Positions 1 to 11,222 are shown, counted from the stretch's first letter. The stretch is 64,000 bases of DNA from Cyanophora paradoxa CCMP329 (GCA_004431415.1 QPMI01000022.1:1-64000), one strand, 5' to 3'. Notes: a model not told the origin generated them from the letters alone. A program made the numbers and translations.

Positions 1-297
1 GAAACTTTGCCCATTAGCGGGTGATCGAGACCCATGACATACCAGGATTTCATAACGGGATCCCAGCGGGCTTTCTCAGCCTTCGCTTGATCCTTAAATT
101 CATAAGGAATATCGAGGTAAACCTTCACGTTTCTTTGATACACTTGCTCATAGCTTAGAGTTTGAACTGAGAGCATAGGGGGTGATCTTTCTTCGTGACA
201 TACCAGCATGAATTCTCACGATCCCACTTTCCACCGAGGGATTTCGCAACGTCTTTTTTATCAACGGAATATCAACATAATACTTTTCACCCTCCAT
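1..297 (-). CDS. Tandem DUF5710-like domain protein (frameshifted, runs off window)
   Basis: Manual translation gives two repeats: YVDIP..KKDVAKSLGGKWDRENSCWYV and YLDIPYEFKDQAKAEKARWDPVMKSWYV, matching the YLxVPYxEKDxAKxxGARWD...WY pattern. ATG at 297 follows the viral upstream motif. Confidence 0.7.
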
Positions 298-312
298 CTC
301 TTTTATATTTAC

Positions 313-323
313 CGGAGAAAATA
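313..323 (-). promoter_or_regulatory. Viral upstream motif TATTTTCTCCG (copy before the DUF5710-like gene)
   Basis: The identical 11-mer (CGGAGAAAATA on +) also occurs at 5,993, 6,557 and 7,137, always 10-31 nt upstream of a minus-strand ATG. Confidence 0.7.
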
Positions 324-339
324 ATTTCGGGGTTTGTTA

Positions 340-1702
340 TGAACGAGAAGACCGAAGAATGCGCGTAGTAGGGGCTGTGTAGCTTGCGCTCTGATTCTTG
401 AATGATTTATACCACCGCTGACTGTTTACCTCTGAGAGCTTCTCAGTTCCCGCGATCGTTAATTTAGCGAGCTCTCTCAGCGCCCTCTTTGTCTTTTCTG
501 CGCGATCTTCCAATAATGCGCCTTTTGGAACACTTGCGGCGACATCTATGCCTTCTTTTTGAACCTGCCGGATCGAAGCGCTCTACATCGCTGCTAATAG
601 CGTTGCCTGATGGCTCCACCACAGCCTCGACCTCTGTAATGATTGCAATTCGTGCGGCTTAAAAAGCTTCGGCATTACGTTCCCGCTGCATCTTGCACCT
701 CTATCGCGTTTCCTCTCCTTCCCGCAATTTTGTAGACCTCTCGCTATACCTTTGGTCGCTCCTTTATCAACTTTGATCTCGGCAATAATACACGGACGTG
801 GAGACCCGGCTTAAAGTCGCTGAATATATCCTTTACGATTGTGTTCTTCTTGAAATAATAGCCGCTCGGATCCGCTCCATATCAGAAAGCTTAACATCTG
901 CGGGTTTCATTCCTATGGTTCTGTGAATGGTGTTATTATAATTGAAAACGAAGTCGTCCAATTGTCCATAATCGCACACTGTATTATAAGCGACACAGTA
1001 ATTGTTTATCATCGTTTTTAAGGGTCAAATGAAAGCGATTCATTATTCCCAGCGAAGTGTGATCTCCGACCTGTTTAAAGCGGTGCTCTATTCCATTATT
1101 TTTACGACCTCCTGAAACTCCTTCGCGATGAATTCCGACCGTTATCTGTCTCCAATCGAATCATCGGAGCCGGGAGCTCTGTGAGCATCTCCGCAAAAGC
1201 GGCGGCAACACTTGCGCCCTCCTTATTCTTTAACTTCTTGGCATATGCTTTTCGGCTTGTCATCTCGATGAGAGTAAGGACTGCAATGTAGCCGGAATTA
1301 TATGCCATATGAGAGATAAAAGATGAGATCGGCTTGGTAGCACCACGGCGGGGCTGTGATGGGAATAAAAGCTGTTTGGGTCGGTGCGGGGGGCTTCTTG
1401 TTGATCTGCATAAATTCTTGTTTCGCTGCGACATCTTGCACTTCTTTCAATGTGAGGGTCTTGTCCTCTTTTCTCAGCTCTTCGTACAATGCCGATGGGT
1501 TCTTAAAACCTGTCTTGGGTCATACATGCGCGCACGATCTTAGAGGACGGGTTAGCAATGCTAAAAGGAACATCTCCTAATAAATTTGATTTTGCTTGGC
1601 GTTTTGTGATTTTTTGGGGGACTTGCTCAGTTTCAGGAACCGCGATAGGTAGTATGGTGGTCTCTGTCTCTCGCCCGCTACCCTTCTGACGATCCGTGAC
1701 AT
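340..1702 (-). CDS. Retroviral-like (rve/c-integrase) integrase, split by several 1-nt frameshifts
   Basis: Joined frames read GFKNPSALYEELRK...WCYQADLIF...SRKAYAKKLKNK...LETDNGxEF...SLGIMNRFHLTLK...FVFNYNNTIHRTIGMKPADV, typical of Polinton integrases. Both ends are approximate. Confidence 0.88.
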
Positions 1703-1720
1703 TCTTCTAATTAAACCTGT

Positions 1721-4700
1721 TTATTTTTTGCTGCAATTGCACCCGTGATGCGCGAGTTGACAATTGTCTTTAAGATGTGGGCGCCTGTTGTTATGCGATC
1801 CACGACGAGCTTGTAATTCGGATCTTGTGGCTCATCGGAATCGGAAGGGAACAGACGCACAGGCGCCTTCTGTTGCTTCTTGCGCTCTAATATCCACTCC
1901 GGCGTAATATAATCCGCCTCATCGAAATCGCGCCCGGCACGCTGATCCTGGCATTTGTAACCGCGGATCTTCCCTTCAGATACTCGATGTAGTCACTCTT
2001 TCTTGGAACTTGTGAATCGGTGTATAATCAGCACAGTAGACAGATCGCGGTTACGAGTGAGCGCGGTATAGAACCATTCGCGAGTGGTATAGCGGAACGT
2101 AGCCTCACAAATACAATGCCCGAATCAAGTGTGAGACCTTGCGTTGAATGACCTGTTCCTGCATAAGGGAGAGAAAAATGTCTAACATCGCGCACGGAAC
2201 CTCAAACTGACACCATCGAAAACGTCGTAATGTGACCATTTGCTTTGTGATTTGGTGATTCGATAGGTGTAATCGTGTATGCGTTTATAGACTCGCCCTC
2301 AGACGCGAAATGCGTAGATACTTGCGGCAAACGACTTCCAACCTTGTAGAATTTGATGCCATTGACCTCTACGGTTGGATATTTACTTTGCGTCTATCGT
2401 GCATCAGTTTGTTGTAGGCTAAGGTCATTTCGTTTCTGTAACGATGCCAAAGTAGCCGTCGGGAATAGCGCTTAGATCATTAATTGTCGGCAACCCGTAT
2501 TTCGAGATAATCTGTGCGGTTCCAGTCGTTCTCGAAGAGATCCTCTTTAATCGCCCGAATTAATCACGGTCTGTCTCCTTCTGTGCCGCTTGTTATTGCG
2601 TAGACTCAGAACGTTAGGAACATGCTCTGCACAGCGGCTTATAGTAGCCCTTGCGATCAGAAACCGAGAGTCGTCATTAATGGTTCGTTTGATAGGTATC
2701 CCATTAGCCAATATTTGATATCCGGATAGCGATCGATAAACGACTTGATCTTAGCGAGATCTTTTACGGAATACGCAAATATCTCGTCGAACATAATGTG
2801 GCTGAACTCAGATACGAACGCCTCTGGTCTTTTTCGCTCATAGCCTTTCGTAGGTCTGATCATTTGAGACACGGATCCGGAACATTATACAAAGTACGAA
2901 CGGTAATATTCTCGATTCGCGGACTTGAGAGAGTCCCTTAGCTCTGCGCACTGTTTGTTATAGGGCAAATGACTAAGCAATTTGACTTTTGAGAGGCAAA
3001 GCATTAATACCGAGGTCGACTTTCCACTTCCGGGCATGTCAGCAAGGACAAGCATACGATTATGGAGCTCCGCAACCCAATTAAAGCACTCCGGATTAAA
3101 TCGTCCCTCAGCGAGAACCGGTTAATGAGTGTCTCGGGATCCTGAAATTCGAGAGTTACACCCCGTGGTGGGCGGAGTGCATTCTCAGGGCATCTTTTCC
3201 GGGATATAGCTGAATTTGCCATGTTCTCAACGCATTTCGGTCGAACTCTTTCTTACTTGTCCATGAACCTTCGATATAAAGACAGTCCGTTCTGATCCCG
3301 GCAACCTTGTGCCCGCGCGCTGTCAGGCGCTTGTATTGCGCAAACATATTAGCGCGGTTACGATCGTAAATATGAAAGTGGATAGGAAGGAATCCGTTAA
3401 CGAGCTCGCGGTGAGAGCTGATCTTAACGAAATAGATGTGACCTTCGAATTCGCTAAGAGTTTTGACACGTTTCGAATTCTTAGGATTGAAAGTAAACAC
3501 TCTACTGTTCCTCCGCATTCTTGGGCGAACCTCTCAGCCTCGGCACGGTTGTAGAACATTTTCGTGGATGTTTGCGAGTCTTGGAATTTGCCGAGCATTC
3601 CGATCTCTTTCACTAAAATGTGTTTCTTGTCCGTGGTTTGAATGTCACTTGAAAGTACTTTCTTCATCTCCGAGATCGACGTATTGGGCACCAAATGCGA
3701 AGGCTCCGCGACCGCGATAATCTCTATCTTGTCCTTTACGTCCGCCCAATGCATGGAGAGAGTGTAGCCTGTCATGAAATTATAACAGCGACCACTCACG
3801 GAAAATGCGCGATCCAGAATAATTTCGATTCCGTCAATCTTGCGAGACATGGCGCATCATAATCTACATCCTCATCGTCGGCGAAAGTCGCTTGCTCTCT
3901 CTCAAACGCAACGACACGCACGTAGTAGATCGCGTATTCGAGAATATCGCTTCCCGCTTTAAAGGGAACGAAGTCATCAAACACATTGTATTTCGGAAGA
4001 TATTGCATGCCTTCAGTATCGAAGGGTAGCACTTCGCCATATCGACAGCTGTGTAGGTGGCTTTCGGGTTCGGCTTATAGAAATAGCCGCTTAGTGCGGA
4101 TCGCTTGTAGTGCGTGAGAATTTCGCGCATATTCGGACTGTAATGTGAGATATTCGTCGCATTTAGAAGCGACTCGCGGAATCCCTTCCCGATTTCACAG
4201 ACCTTATTATAATATTCTTCTGTCTCGAAATCTTGCTCAATAAAGTGTCGTTGTGCGTGGATCTTTGATAGAGAACATGGAGCCATTAGCTTTGAATGTG
4301 ATGCTGTCGATTTGTTTCGATGGTGTTAACTTCACAGCGGGCTCATATCGCATTTCAGGAACGTAAATAGAAGACCTTCCAGACCTTCACGCCAGTATAC
4401 AGAATGCGAATGAAACTGCGCTCGTCAGGCGATAGTTTTAATTGCGTGATCTTTAACAGATCCTTGGATGTGTGCGCGAAGATATCGTGAGTAAGACACG
4501 TCGGAATTTTATAGAGTGCTAACGAAGAGTTCGACTTAGGAACATGATTATCGAGCTCTTCGACCTCCATCTTTGCCATGCGCATTTCGAGCGACTTGAT
4601 GTTATCGTTGAATATATAGATATGCTTGTTGTGAATCATAAAGTGAATATTGCGGGGATTGATATTTTTGTTAATTGATTCTGCCGGAATTTGTATACTA

Positions 4701-5968
4701 ACTTTCCGTCGACATCAAAGACGCGGAAGCCTGTCTGGATTCTCTTACAGAATTTCTCAATATGGCGGAGGGTGAGAGCCAGAGAGTCGCCAGGTGTGCG
4801 TTCGCGACCGTGAAAGAATTTATAGAGACCGTCGTAGGACATAGTTAAGTCAGTATATCGCGGTTTTGGCGCCTCCTGACACTTCTTAATGGACGCTCCC
4901 CATGTGGAGATGATCATATCGTAGCCGCAAGCGTTAGATGTCGATGATTTGGGAAGCTCAATAATATCTTCGAACTCAGACGCGTTTGGATTTAATGTGT
5001 AGTCTGTGAATTTGCTCATAATCGCGGTGCATCGCATACTGTCCATTAGCTCCTCATCCAGGAACTCATAGCGATTGCCAGGGATAGCACCGGCTCGTCA
5101 TCTTCGACACCTTCGTCCCCATCGATCACGACCTCATGAACAGTTATAAAGGCATCATCGATACTGCCGCCAAGATCATCGAAGTTTTTGCGTAGTTTTT
5201 TCTGTTCCTCGGTTGGTGTGTCTTAAAGAAGAACATCTCGTATGCTTGTCCGAACGTTCCCAGACCAATCTTCAATTCATCGTAGTTTTCGAGTAAATCG
5301 AAGATTGAATCTCTCTCTTCCGAATAATAACGATTTTGAGCGGTGAGAATTCCATACACTCTATCGATTTTTGCCAGAGCAAAGTTTCTCAACACCCTCA
5401 CCGAAACTGTCTCTCTTATATTATTGTAGGTGACAAGGTTTTGTCTTCTATATATGTCCGGGAATTCCGGGAATAACAATTACCTCCGACGACCGAGCAC
5501 CGATCCAGGTCCCACATCTTGAACGTAATTGTTGCGAGAGTTTCCGGATCGTATGCGGCGATTGGGTCGAGAATAGTGCGTTTAATCGCATCCTCTACCG
5601 CTTTTAGTTTACCTCTCTGCTGCTTTGCTTCGAGCTTCGCTTCTTTCGCTCGTTTCTGTTCTTGCTTGCGATCGAAGCGCTGTAAACGCTTAGCCTCTTG
5701 TTCTTTTTGCTTCTGCTTTCTATATTAACTTGGTGCGAGCGGCACGCTTTTCTTTCCGCTCTGCCCTGCGGAAAACGCGGGGATTAATGATTCCATTCAG
5801 AGTATCCCGAATGTCGATCAGCGTTTGGAGCTTGGGCTTCCGATTCATTGTGTTGTGCATGCCCAATGCGCCTGTTCTTCGGTTAGCAAATCCTGACTCA
5901 ATCCCTGCATAATGTATCGATAATCTCCTCCGAACATTGTTAGCGATTCTGTTGGCTGCGCGCGGCAT
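1721..5968 (-). CDS. Family B DNA polymerase - SF1 helicase - HNH fusion (multiply frameshifted, ~1,400 codons)
   Basis: Consecutive minus-strand fragments: PolB motif A AVDMAKCYPSIL (~4,017-4,052), motif B-like KHILVKEIGMLGK, motif C GIRTDCLY (~3,280-3,300). Helicase ADMPGSGKST (~3,013-3,042), IMFDEI, YAGTGHSTQGLT, WFYTALTR. C-terminal DRI.NRRPHLKDNCQLAHHGCNCSKK-stop. Confidence 0.82.
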
Positions 5969-5992
5969 CTCTATTAGTTCTTTTAAAATAAG

Positions 5993-6003
5993 CGGAGAAA
6001 ATA
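5993..6003 (-). promoter_or_regulatory. Viral upstream motif TATTTTCTCCG (before PolB fusion)
   Basis: Exact copy 24 nt upstream of ATG 5,968. Confidence 0.7.
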
Positions 6004-6214
6004 ATTTTACCGCAATCTACCAAATCCTCCTTTTCATACCCTTGTTGTTAATTCCTTAAATGCTTTTTGACCGATCCGGGAATAAAAAGGGAGGTAAAAA
6101 ATGAGTCATTTTTTGCATCGTACGGATACGTTTCACTACGGATTTTGTACATTCTCGACGACATGCTTTCGGGTCTCCCAGCGGGCTTTTGCGGCTGGGG
6201 CTTCACCGGCGGGT

Positions 6215-6546
6215 TCAGCTTTCGTTCCGCTCTTTTTCTGCGTTGTATTCCCGTGCCTTTTCTCTGATTTTCTCCCGATACTCTTCATCGTCTTGGTATC
6301 GCTGCTGTTTACGAATTGCGATCTTTTGTAGCTGCTCCGGGTAAATACGGTCGCTTCCCCTGCGGCTAATCGCTCTTGCTTTTGTCTCTGATGCTTGTTT
6401 CGCTGCCGCTCTGCATCTTTCTCGCGTTTTAGTCGTAATCTCTCGGCTTTCTCCTCTTCTGTGATCACCTTTTTCGGTCTCCCGGGTCTGCGCTTTTCTT
6501 GCTGTGCCGCCATTGCCTCTTGGTTTGAAATCTTGGGTTTCGCCAT
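6215..6546 (-). CDS. Small basic/coiled-coil protein with AT-hook-like motif
   Basis: MAKPK...RRPGRPKK. Probably continues after a 1-nt shift at ~6,357 into EEYREKIREKAREYNAEKERNES (stop 6,215). Preceded by the viral upstream motif. Confidence 0.6.
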
Positions 6547-6556
6547 TTACTATAAC

Positions 6557-6567
6557 CGGAGAAAATA
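6557..6567 (-). promoter_or_regulatory. Viral upstream motif TATTTTCTCCG (before AT-hook gene)
   Basis: Exact copy 10 nt upstream of ATG 6,546. Confidence 0.7.
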
Positions 6568-6670
6568 GTTTTTTGTCACTCTGTATTATTTCCCTTGCCC
6601 TTATATACCTTTTACCGAAACCTTCAATTTTTGCCCTCGGATCGATACAAGCGCCACCGAAATTCACCGC

Positions 6671-7105
6671 TCAATAACCGTTCCAGACGGTTCTTTCTTG
6701 TTGCTGAGGATATACATAAGGTTGCTGAGGATAAACATAAGGGTTCGTTACATTTTCATCGTCGCCTAATGCCATTTGATCCAATCTATACATCGGATAA
6801 GGGGAGTCAGCGCGCAAATGACCTTCTACAAACTCAGGACATGAGCGCCTTCTAATATGCTCTACATGCACGTCCTCTATCTGAGCGGTTTCGATATTAG
6901 AACTCATAGCCGCGGGCACAGGCGAGGGCGATCGAGATCGTGGGTGGTTGTGATTGTCGCTGTGGTTAGAATATACAGAAAGGCGCCTACCTCCATTGTC
7001 TTCATCGCTTATATCAACCTCTACGGTTGTGTCGCAGCAGGAGTTGTGGCACGTGCTTGTGAAATGTAAATGAAACATTTCGATGCATTGTGTGATGAAA
7101 TTCAT
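6671..7105 (-). CDS. Hypothetical viral protein (HFTSTCHNSCC motif, PYVYPQQ x2)
   Basis: 144-aa ORF with ATG and the viral upstream motif at 7,137-7,147. Confidence 0.6.
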   Translation of the reverse strand: MNFITQCIEMFHLHFTSTCHNSCCDTTVEVDISDEDNGGRRLSVYSNHSDNHNHPRSRSPSPVPAAMSSNIETAQIEDVHVEHIRRRSCPEFVEGHLRADSPYPMYRLDQMALGDDENVTNPYVYPQQPYVYPQQQERTVWNGY

Positions 7106-7136
7106 CGACCCTACAATTGGGCAACGTATTAAATAT

Positions 7137-7147
7137 CGGAGAAAATA
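7137..7147 (-). promoter_or_regulatory. Viral upstream motif TATTTTCTCCG (before 144-aa gene)
   Basis: Exact copy 31 nt upstream of ATG 7,105. Confidence 0.65.
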
Positions 7148-7154
7148 AAAGGGA

Positions 7155-7313
7155 ATGAGGCTATTGCTTGCTCGTGTGTTTCCTTATGAGTTGGTCGACC
7201 TTATAATGCTGTTTACAGAACCGACATGCCCGTTTTGCAAGGGAGTCCACATAAAGACCCGCTCTAAATACGGGCGGGTTCAGCTTTGCCTTGCGGATAT
7301 TCACAGTCATTAG
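7155..7313 (+). CDS. 52-aa micro-protein, F-box-like N-terminus plus CxxC
   Basis: Manual translation MRLLLARVFPYELVDLIMLFTEPTCPFCKGVHIKTRSKYGRVQLCLADIHSH. Fills the gap between flanking genes; too short to appear in the ORF track. Confidence 0.45.
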   Translation: MRLLLARVFPYELVDLIMLFTEPTCPFCKGVHIKTRSKYGRVQLCLADIHSH

Positions 7314-7993
7314 CGGATATGGCGTTTACCACCGAGCATTGCGGCATAATTCACGGGTGCGGTCGGCACAATATGTGCATATTGCGGGGCAACCGATTGC
7401 TGTCGAGTTACGGCTTGCGCATCTGTCTTTTCCTCCTTTTTAATCTCCTCTACGTCGACTTTTTGCTTTAATCCGAGTTTGGAGATCTCTTTCTTCACGA
7501 GCCCCTTTAATTTCTTGCGTTCGTTATAATCTTGCATCCATTTCTCGTAGTTAGAGACTTTCATTTCAAGGTCTCTCACTTTCTCTTCGAAGCTCATGAC
7601 AACGTCGACAGGAACCGTGTGTTTTTGATAGGATCCGCGCTTTTTAAGCTCGGTTTCGGCGGCTTTCGGGACGTCTTGCGTTTTGTGTTGGCTTGCAACA
7701 ACTTGCGCTTTTAGTACTTTGTCGGTTGCTTCATCAACAGAGCCGCCTCCAATCTGTGGTTTTACAGTAGCTAAATCGTCCATTTGGCGTTTACCGCTAT
7801 CTTGGTTTCCCTTGTCCGCGGTGGCACTCGCAATAATCGCCTCTTGCTTGGCGACCTCCTCTGGCGAAGTGTCTATAAGATATTCGGGCATTTCGAGACC
7901 GCCACCCGACGTTAACCCAGACTCTTCAAGTCCGCGATTAGGATTACCAGAAGCGACAGTTTGAATGGTTTGAGGCTTCTTTCGGTAGACCAT
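7310..7993 (-). CDS. Hypothetical coiled-coil viral protein
   Basis: 227-aa intact ORF starting 2 nt after the ATPase stop. Confidence 0.7.
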   Translation of the reverse strand: MVYRKKPQTIQTVASGNPNRGLEESGLTSGGGLEMPEYLIDTSPEEVAKQEAIIASATADKGNQDSGKRQMDDLATVKPQIGGGSVDEATDKVLKAQVVASQHKTQDVPKAAETELKKRGSYQKHTVPVDVVMSFEEKVRDLEMKVSNYEKWMQDYNERKKLKGLVKKEISKLGLKQKVDVEEIKKEEKTDAQAVTRQQSVAPQYAHIVPTAPVNYAAMLGGKRHIR

Positions 7994-7995
7994 GA

Positions 7996-8862
7996 TTATC
8001 TTCTCTTACATTTGATTAACATTTTCTTTTTCTTAGGCGAAATTTGCGAAAGTTTGGGGATACCTTCAAGCTCACGCTCAAATTTGGATAAAGTTCGACA
8101 GACAGTTGTCGAATCTTTGACAGGCGGCGGTTTTGATGCTTGCTCTTCTTGTTGTTTGCGCTTCTTTTCTTCAAAAGCCGCCCGCTTGTGGAATTTAGTA
8201 AACGGATGTTCATCGATCATATCGGCTTTTTCGACCCACCATCGCACAGAATACCCGGTATTATCGTGAATGATCGCTTGGTAGCTATGACAGAATTCTT
8301 GGAACATGCGCTTAAAACTCTCTTTATCCATGTTCCCGAACTCTTCGTGATATGCTTCAAACTCTCGCATGTTTGACCAGCTTAGGAATATGATATACTC
8401 CGCATTGCTGCGAATGATCGTTGAAAGCTTTGTTAGTTTCTGCGATATTAAAGCCACGGAACAAAACGTATGACGACCTTGCGCCATCAATTTATTTAGC
8501 AAATGATCGCGCGAGAGATCAATAGTTCCCGATTCCAAACAATCGTCGAGCACGATGAGAATATTCTTTGGTTTCTTACCCGCAATGATAGCCTTTTTGC
8601 GGGCTTCTATGATCGACTCTACGTATTCCGGTTTCCAGGTGTCATGTACTTCGTCTGTTATTTGACCCCAGAAACCGTTAAAACTCGTAGGACAGAAAAC
8701 CAGAACATACGAGATCTGGTCTTCGAGTTCTTTGATCAGCCACTTTAAGAATACCGATTTACCACAATTGGTTTTCGCCAATAGGAGAAATCGTGCGGGA
8801 AGTTTCACCCTCTGTTTCGGGTTCCATTCTTCGAGATCTATGGGCGTCGTCCCTTTTTGCAT
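7996..8862 (-). CDS. A32/FtsK-HerA family DNA packaging ATPase
   Basis: Walker A LLAKTNCGKS, Walker B ILIVLDD, QGRH arginine finger and ISQ motif. Likely start is MQKGTT at 8,862. Confidence 0.92.
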   Translation of the reverse strand: MQKGTTPIDLEEWNPKQRVKLPARFLLLAKTNCGKSVFLKWLIKELEDQISYVLVFCPTSFNGFWGQITDEVHDTWKPEYVESIIEARKKAIIAGKKPKNILIVLDDCLESGTIDLSRDHLLNKLMAQGRHTFCSVALISQKLTKLSTIIRSNAEYIIFLSWSNMREFEAYHEEFGNMDKESFKRMFQEFCHSYQAIIHDNTGYSVRWWVEKADMIDEHPFTKFHKRAAFEEKKRKQQEEQASKPPPVKDSTTVCRTLSKFERELEGIPKLSQISPKKKKMLIKCKRR

Positions 8863-8920
8863 TCTTTCACTATAAAAACAATAGAAAAATAAGACTGAAT
8901 GTGGTAATCGCACGAATTCC

Positions 8921-10232
8921 TCATGAAGATACTCTGCGAATACCATCAGCTCCGATTATCATGATATTGTGAGCGAGCGCAATGCATTGAATTTGCATCT
9001 TCTGATAAGCGGCACCCGCATACCACTCCTCATTACCGACTCCACCGGCTGTGACACCATTGAATTCGAAGACCAGATCGAACGCCGATGTGCCTGTGGC
9101 ATCGATGTAGCCCGTGTTCTCTTGGTTGAGAAGCGACGCCTTTCCGTTTCCAGCACCGAAGTAAATGCCAGTGAGAGCGGGGTAGCTTGTGCTCTCGGTA
9201 AAGATCGCCGAATTATATTTATCTTGAAGTTCGGTCGCGGCAATCATGAGAGGAAGCGAAGTATTTGAGTAAAGGCGGTTATTGTTGAGTTCCACATAGA
9301 AGTTCACAGCGTTGGTTCTGAGTGCACGAGGAGCCAGAACCGAGAGAGTTCCGTTGTTAACCTTCGTCTTCGCGTTTTGGCGCACAGAGAATACGAGAGT
9401 GTGGATGAGACCCGCACCTGTGAGTTGCGAGAGATTGACTCGCGAACCGGAGGCGGTCGGCTGGAAATCTGTGTGTAGGAAACCGATTTCGTTGTAGGGG
9501 ATCGCGATGCCAGTCGATTTAACTCGGGCAATGGTCTCAGATACAACCGCCTCATCGGCATTTACGACCTTGCAAATAACGCGGGGTTTCAGCACTTGAA
9601 GGGAAGCACCACTGTTTACGACCGAAATATTGCCAACATTGTTTACATCCTCAATGATACCATCACCAATCGCCTTGAATTCGATTTCGACCACGATCTC
9701 AGAGTTCAGAGCGCAAAGTGGGAACATCGCCTTCTCGAAAGGAGAGGGTAAATCGATTTCGTAGGTTCCACCGACAGTGTTACCAGCGGTTCCGACAAGA
9801 CCACCGACATAGCGAAGTTTCTTATCAAGTTCGCCCTGTTCAGTCATCAGTAGAAAATACTGGGTGACGAAATCCTCCGGGACAACATAGCGGAATGAAG
9901 CGTGAGAGATTTCGATGCGCTTAATCAGCGATCCAATGACGCGAAGGTAGCCAGTAGTTCCAGCGACACCATTCGTGAGATCAGTGAGGGTGATCGGTTA
10001 AGATCGAGTTGCAGCGCGAGACCATTCAGGAAATGGTAGCGGGGATTTTGAAGACAACTCGGTTGCCGAGAGCGCTGGGTGGCTCAGTGTCGGGGGCGAC
10101 CAGAACTCGAAGTGGCTTAGTGCCAGAGGACGTTCCAATGACCAGCGACTTGTTTAGGAAATAATCCTTGTAGTCATCGGTGGTGAGCATAGATTTCAGC
10201 GTTGGGCGCTGGAATTGGCTGTTAGTCTCCAT
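8921..10232 (-). CDS. Double jelly-roll major capsid protein (two 1-nt frameshifts at ~9,997 and ~10,042)
   Basis: Joined ~437 aa: VVFKIPRYHFLNGLALQLDL...GSLIKRIEISH...IDLPSPF...FPLCALNSEIVVEIEF. Lies between the ATPase and the pentons. Confidence 0.78.
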
Positions 10233-10279
10233 GAGCGTTTCTTCTCTTATCTTTGGGATCAGAAAATAATTTAAAGGGC

Positions 10280-11206
10280 TTAGTAGAAATTCATTTCGGG
10301 CGGTGCGTCGTAGGTTTCGATCTCAAAAGTGAAATAATGCGCCCAAATCCCGAAATCTAAGAGAGCGCCATCATGGTCGATGAGTTTAATCGTCAAGCGG
10401 TCGAACGATTTTAATTCGCGGAATTCACGAATGAGAGGCACCGTAGTGGACGTGTCGAAGTGGTAGATATCACCATGTTCGAGTTCCTGTGGGATTGGAA
10501 TGCGCATGAAATAACCATCGACGTGCTTGTTGACTGAGCGAATAAACGGCGCAAATTCGTCAATATATAGCCAGATCATCGCCGCCGGGGTCTCATCTCC
10601 ACGAGTATAGCCGCGAATGCGTCGATTGAGTGTCACAGTTCCCGTCCCAGGATTAAACACAAGGAATGTATCGCTTGCAAGAGGGGTAAATGTCTCGTAA
10701 ACATATAGTTGAATATCTTTGAAACCGAATATTGCGAGTTTCTTAGCGATTGTTTTGCGATTACTGGATTTTCTGAGTGTTTCAGGGGAAGCTTTGGAGA
10801 ACTTGAACCAAAAGTTACTATCACTGAAAAACTCATAGATCTTTGAAGTAGTATTATAGCGGCATTTAATATATTTTCCACCGAAATCTGAAAGGCGAGC
10901 TGCTTCGAGTCTTTCTGTGACTTTTGCGGCAAGGTCGTCTTTGGTGTAAAATCCTTTGGGGATTACGATGGTCACGAATCCGGAATCCGAAGCTGTGACC
11001 GAGAAATAGAGTTCCATGCGCTCGATGGTTGCACCAGTGGCGTCTATATCGTTTGTCACGGTCGATAGAACGTTTGGAATTGTTGCCTGCACCAGGCGCA
11101 CCGATTTTACGTTGTCATAGCGACGGGGTAATGTCACTACATACTTGTTTGGCTCTATGAACTCCTCGTCGCGATCATCGCTCGAAAAGCTCAGGTATTC
11201 TTTCAT
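10280..11206 (-). CDS. Minor capsid (penton)-like protein 1
   Basis: N-terminal SDDRD...YDNVKSVRLVQATIPN and C-terminal FDRLTIKLIDHDGALLDF...FTFEI, a pattern typical of PLV single-jelly-roll pentons. Confidence 0.8.
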   Translation of the reverse strand: MKEYLSFSSDDRDEEFIEPNKYVVTLPRRYDNVKSVRLVQATIPNVLSTVTNDIDATGATIERMELYFSVTASDSGFVTIVIPKGFYTKDDLAAKVTERLEAARLSDFGGKYIKCRYNTTSKIYEFFSDSNFWFKFSKASPETLRKSSNRKTIAKKLAIFGFKDIQLYVYETFTPLASDTFLVFNPGTGTVTLNRRIRGYTRGDETPAAMIWLYIDEFAPFIRSVNKHVDGYFMRIPIPQELEHGDIYHFDTSTTVPLIREFRELKSFDRLTIKLIDHDGALLDFGIWAHYFTFEIETYDAPPEMNFY

Positions 11207-11222
11207 CTTACTATAATAGATT

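Noticed and set aside
4220-4235. DFET as the PolB exonuclease I motif
   Set aside because: Only ~60 aa before motif A, leaving no room for an exonuclease domain.
6020-6100. Terminator-like hairpin (cctcctttt...aaaagggagg)
   Set aside because: Imperfect stem with a long loop; a single instance.
8863-8946. Extended ATPase N-terminus from the ORF track
   Set aside because: Overlaps the MCP end and spans an AT-rich promoter-like gap; ATG 8,862 fits better.
9990-10045. Programmed ribosomal frameshifts in the MCP or fibre genes
   Set aside because: Breaks are single missing bases in short homopolymers and occur throughout the element; error or decay is simpler.
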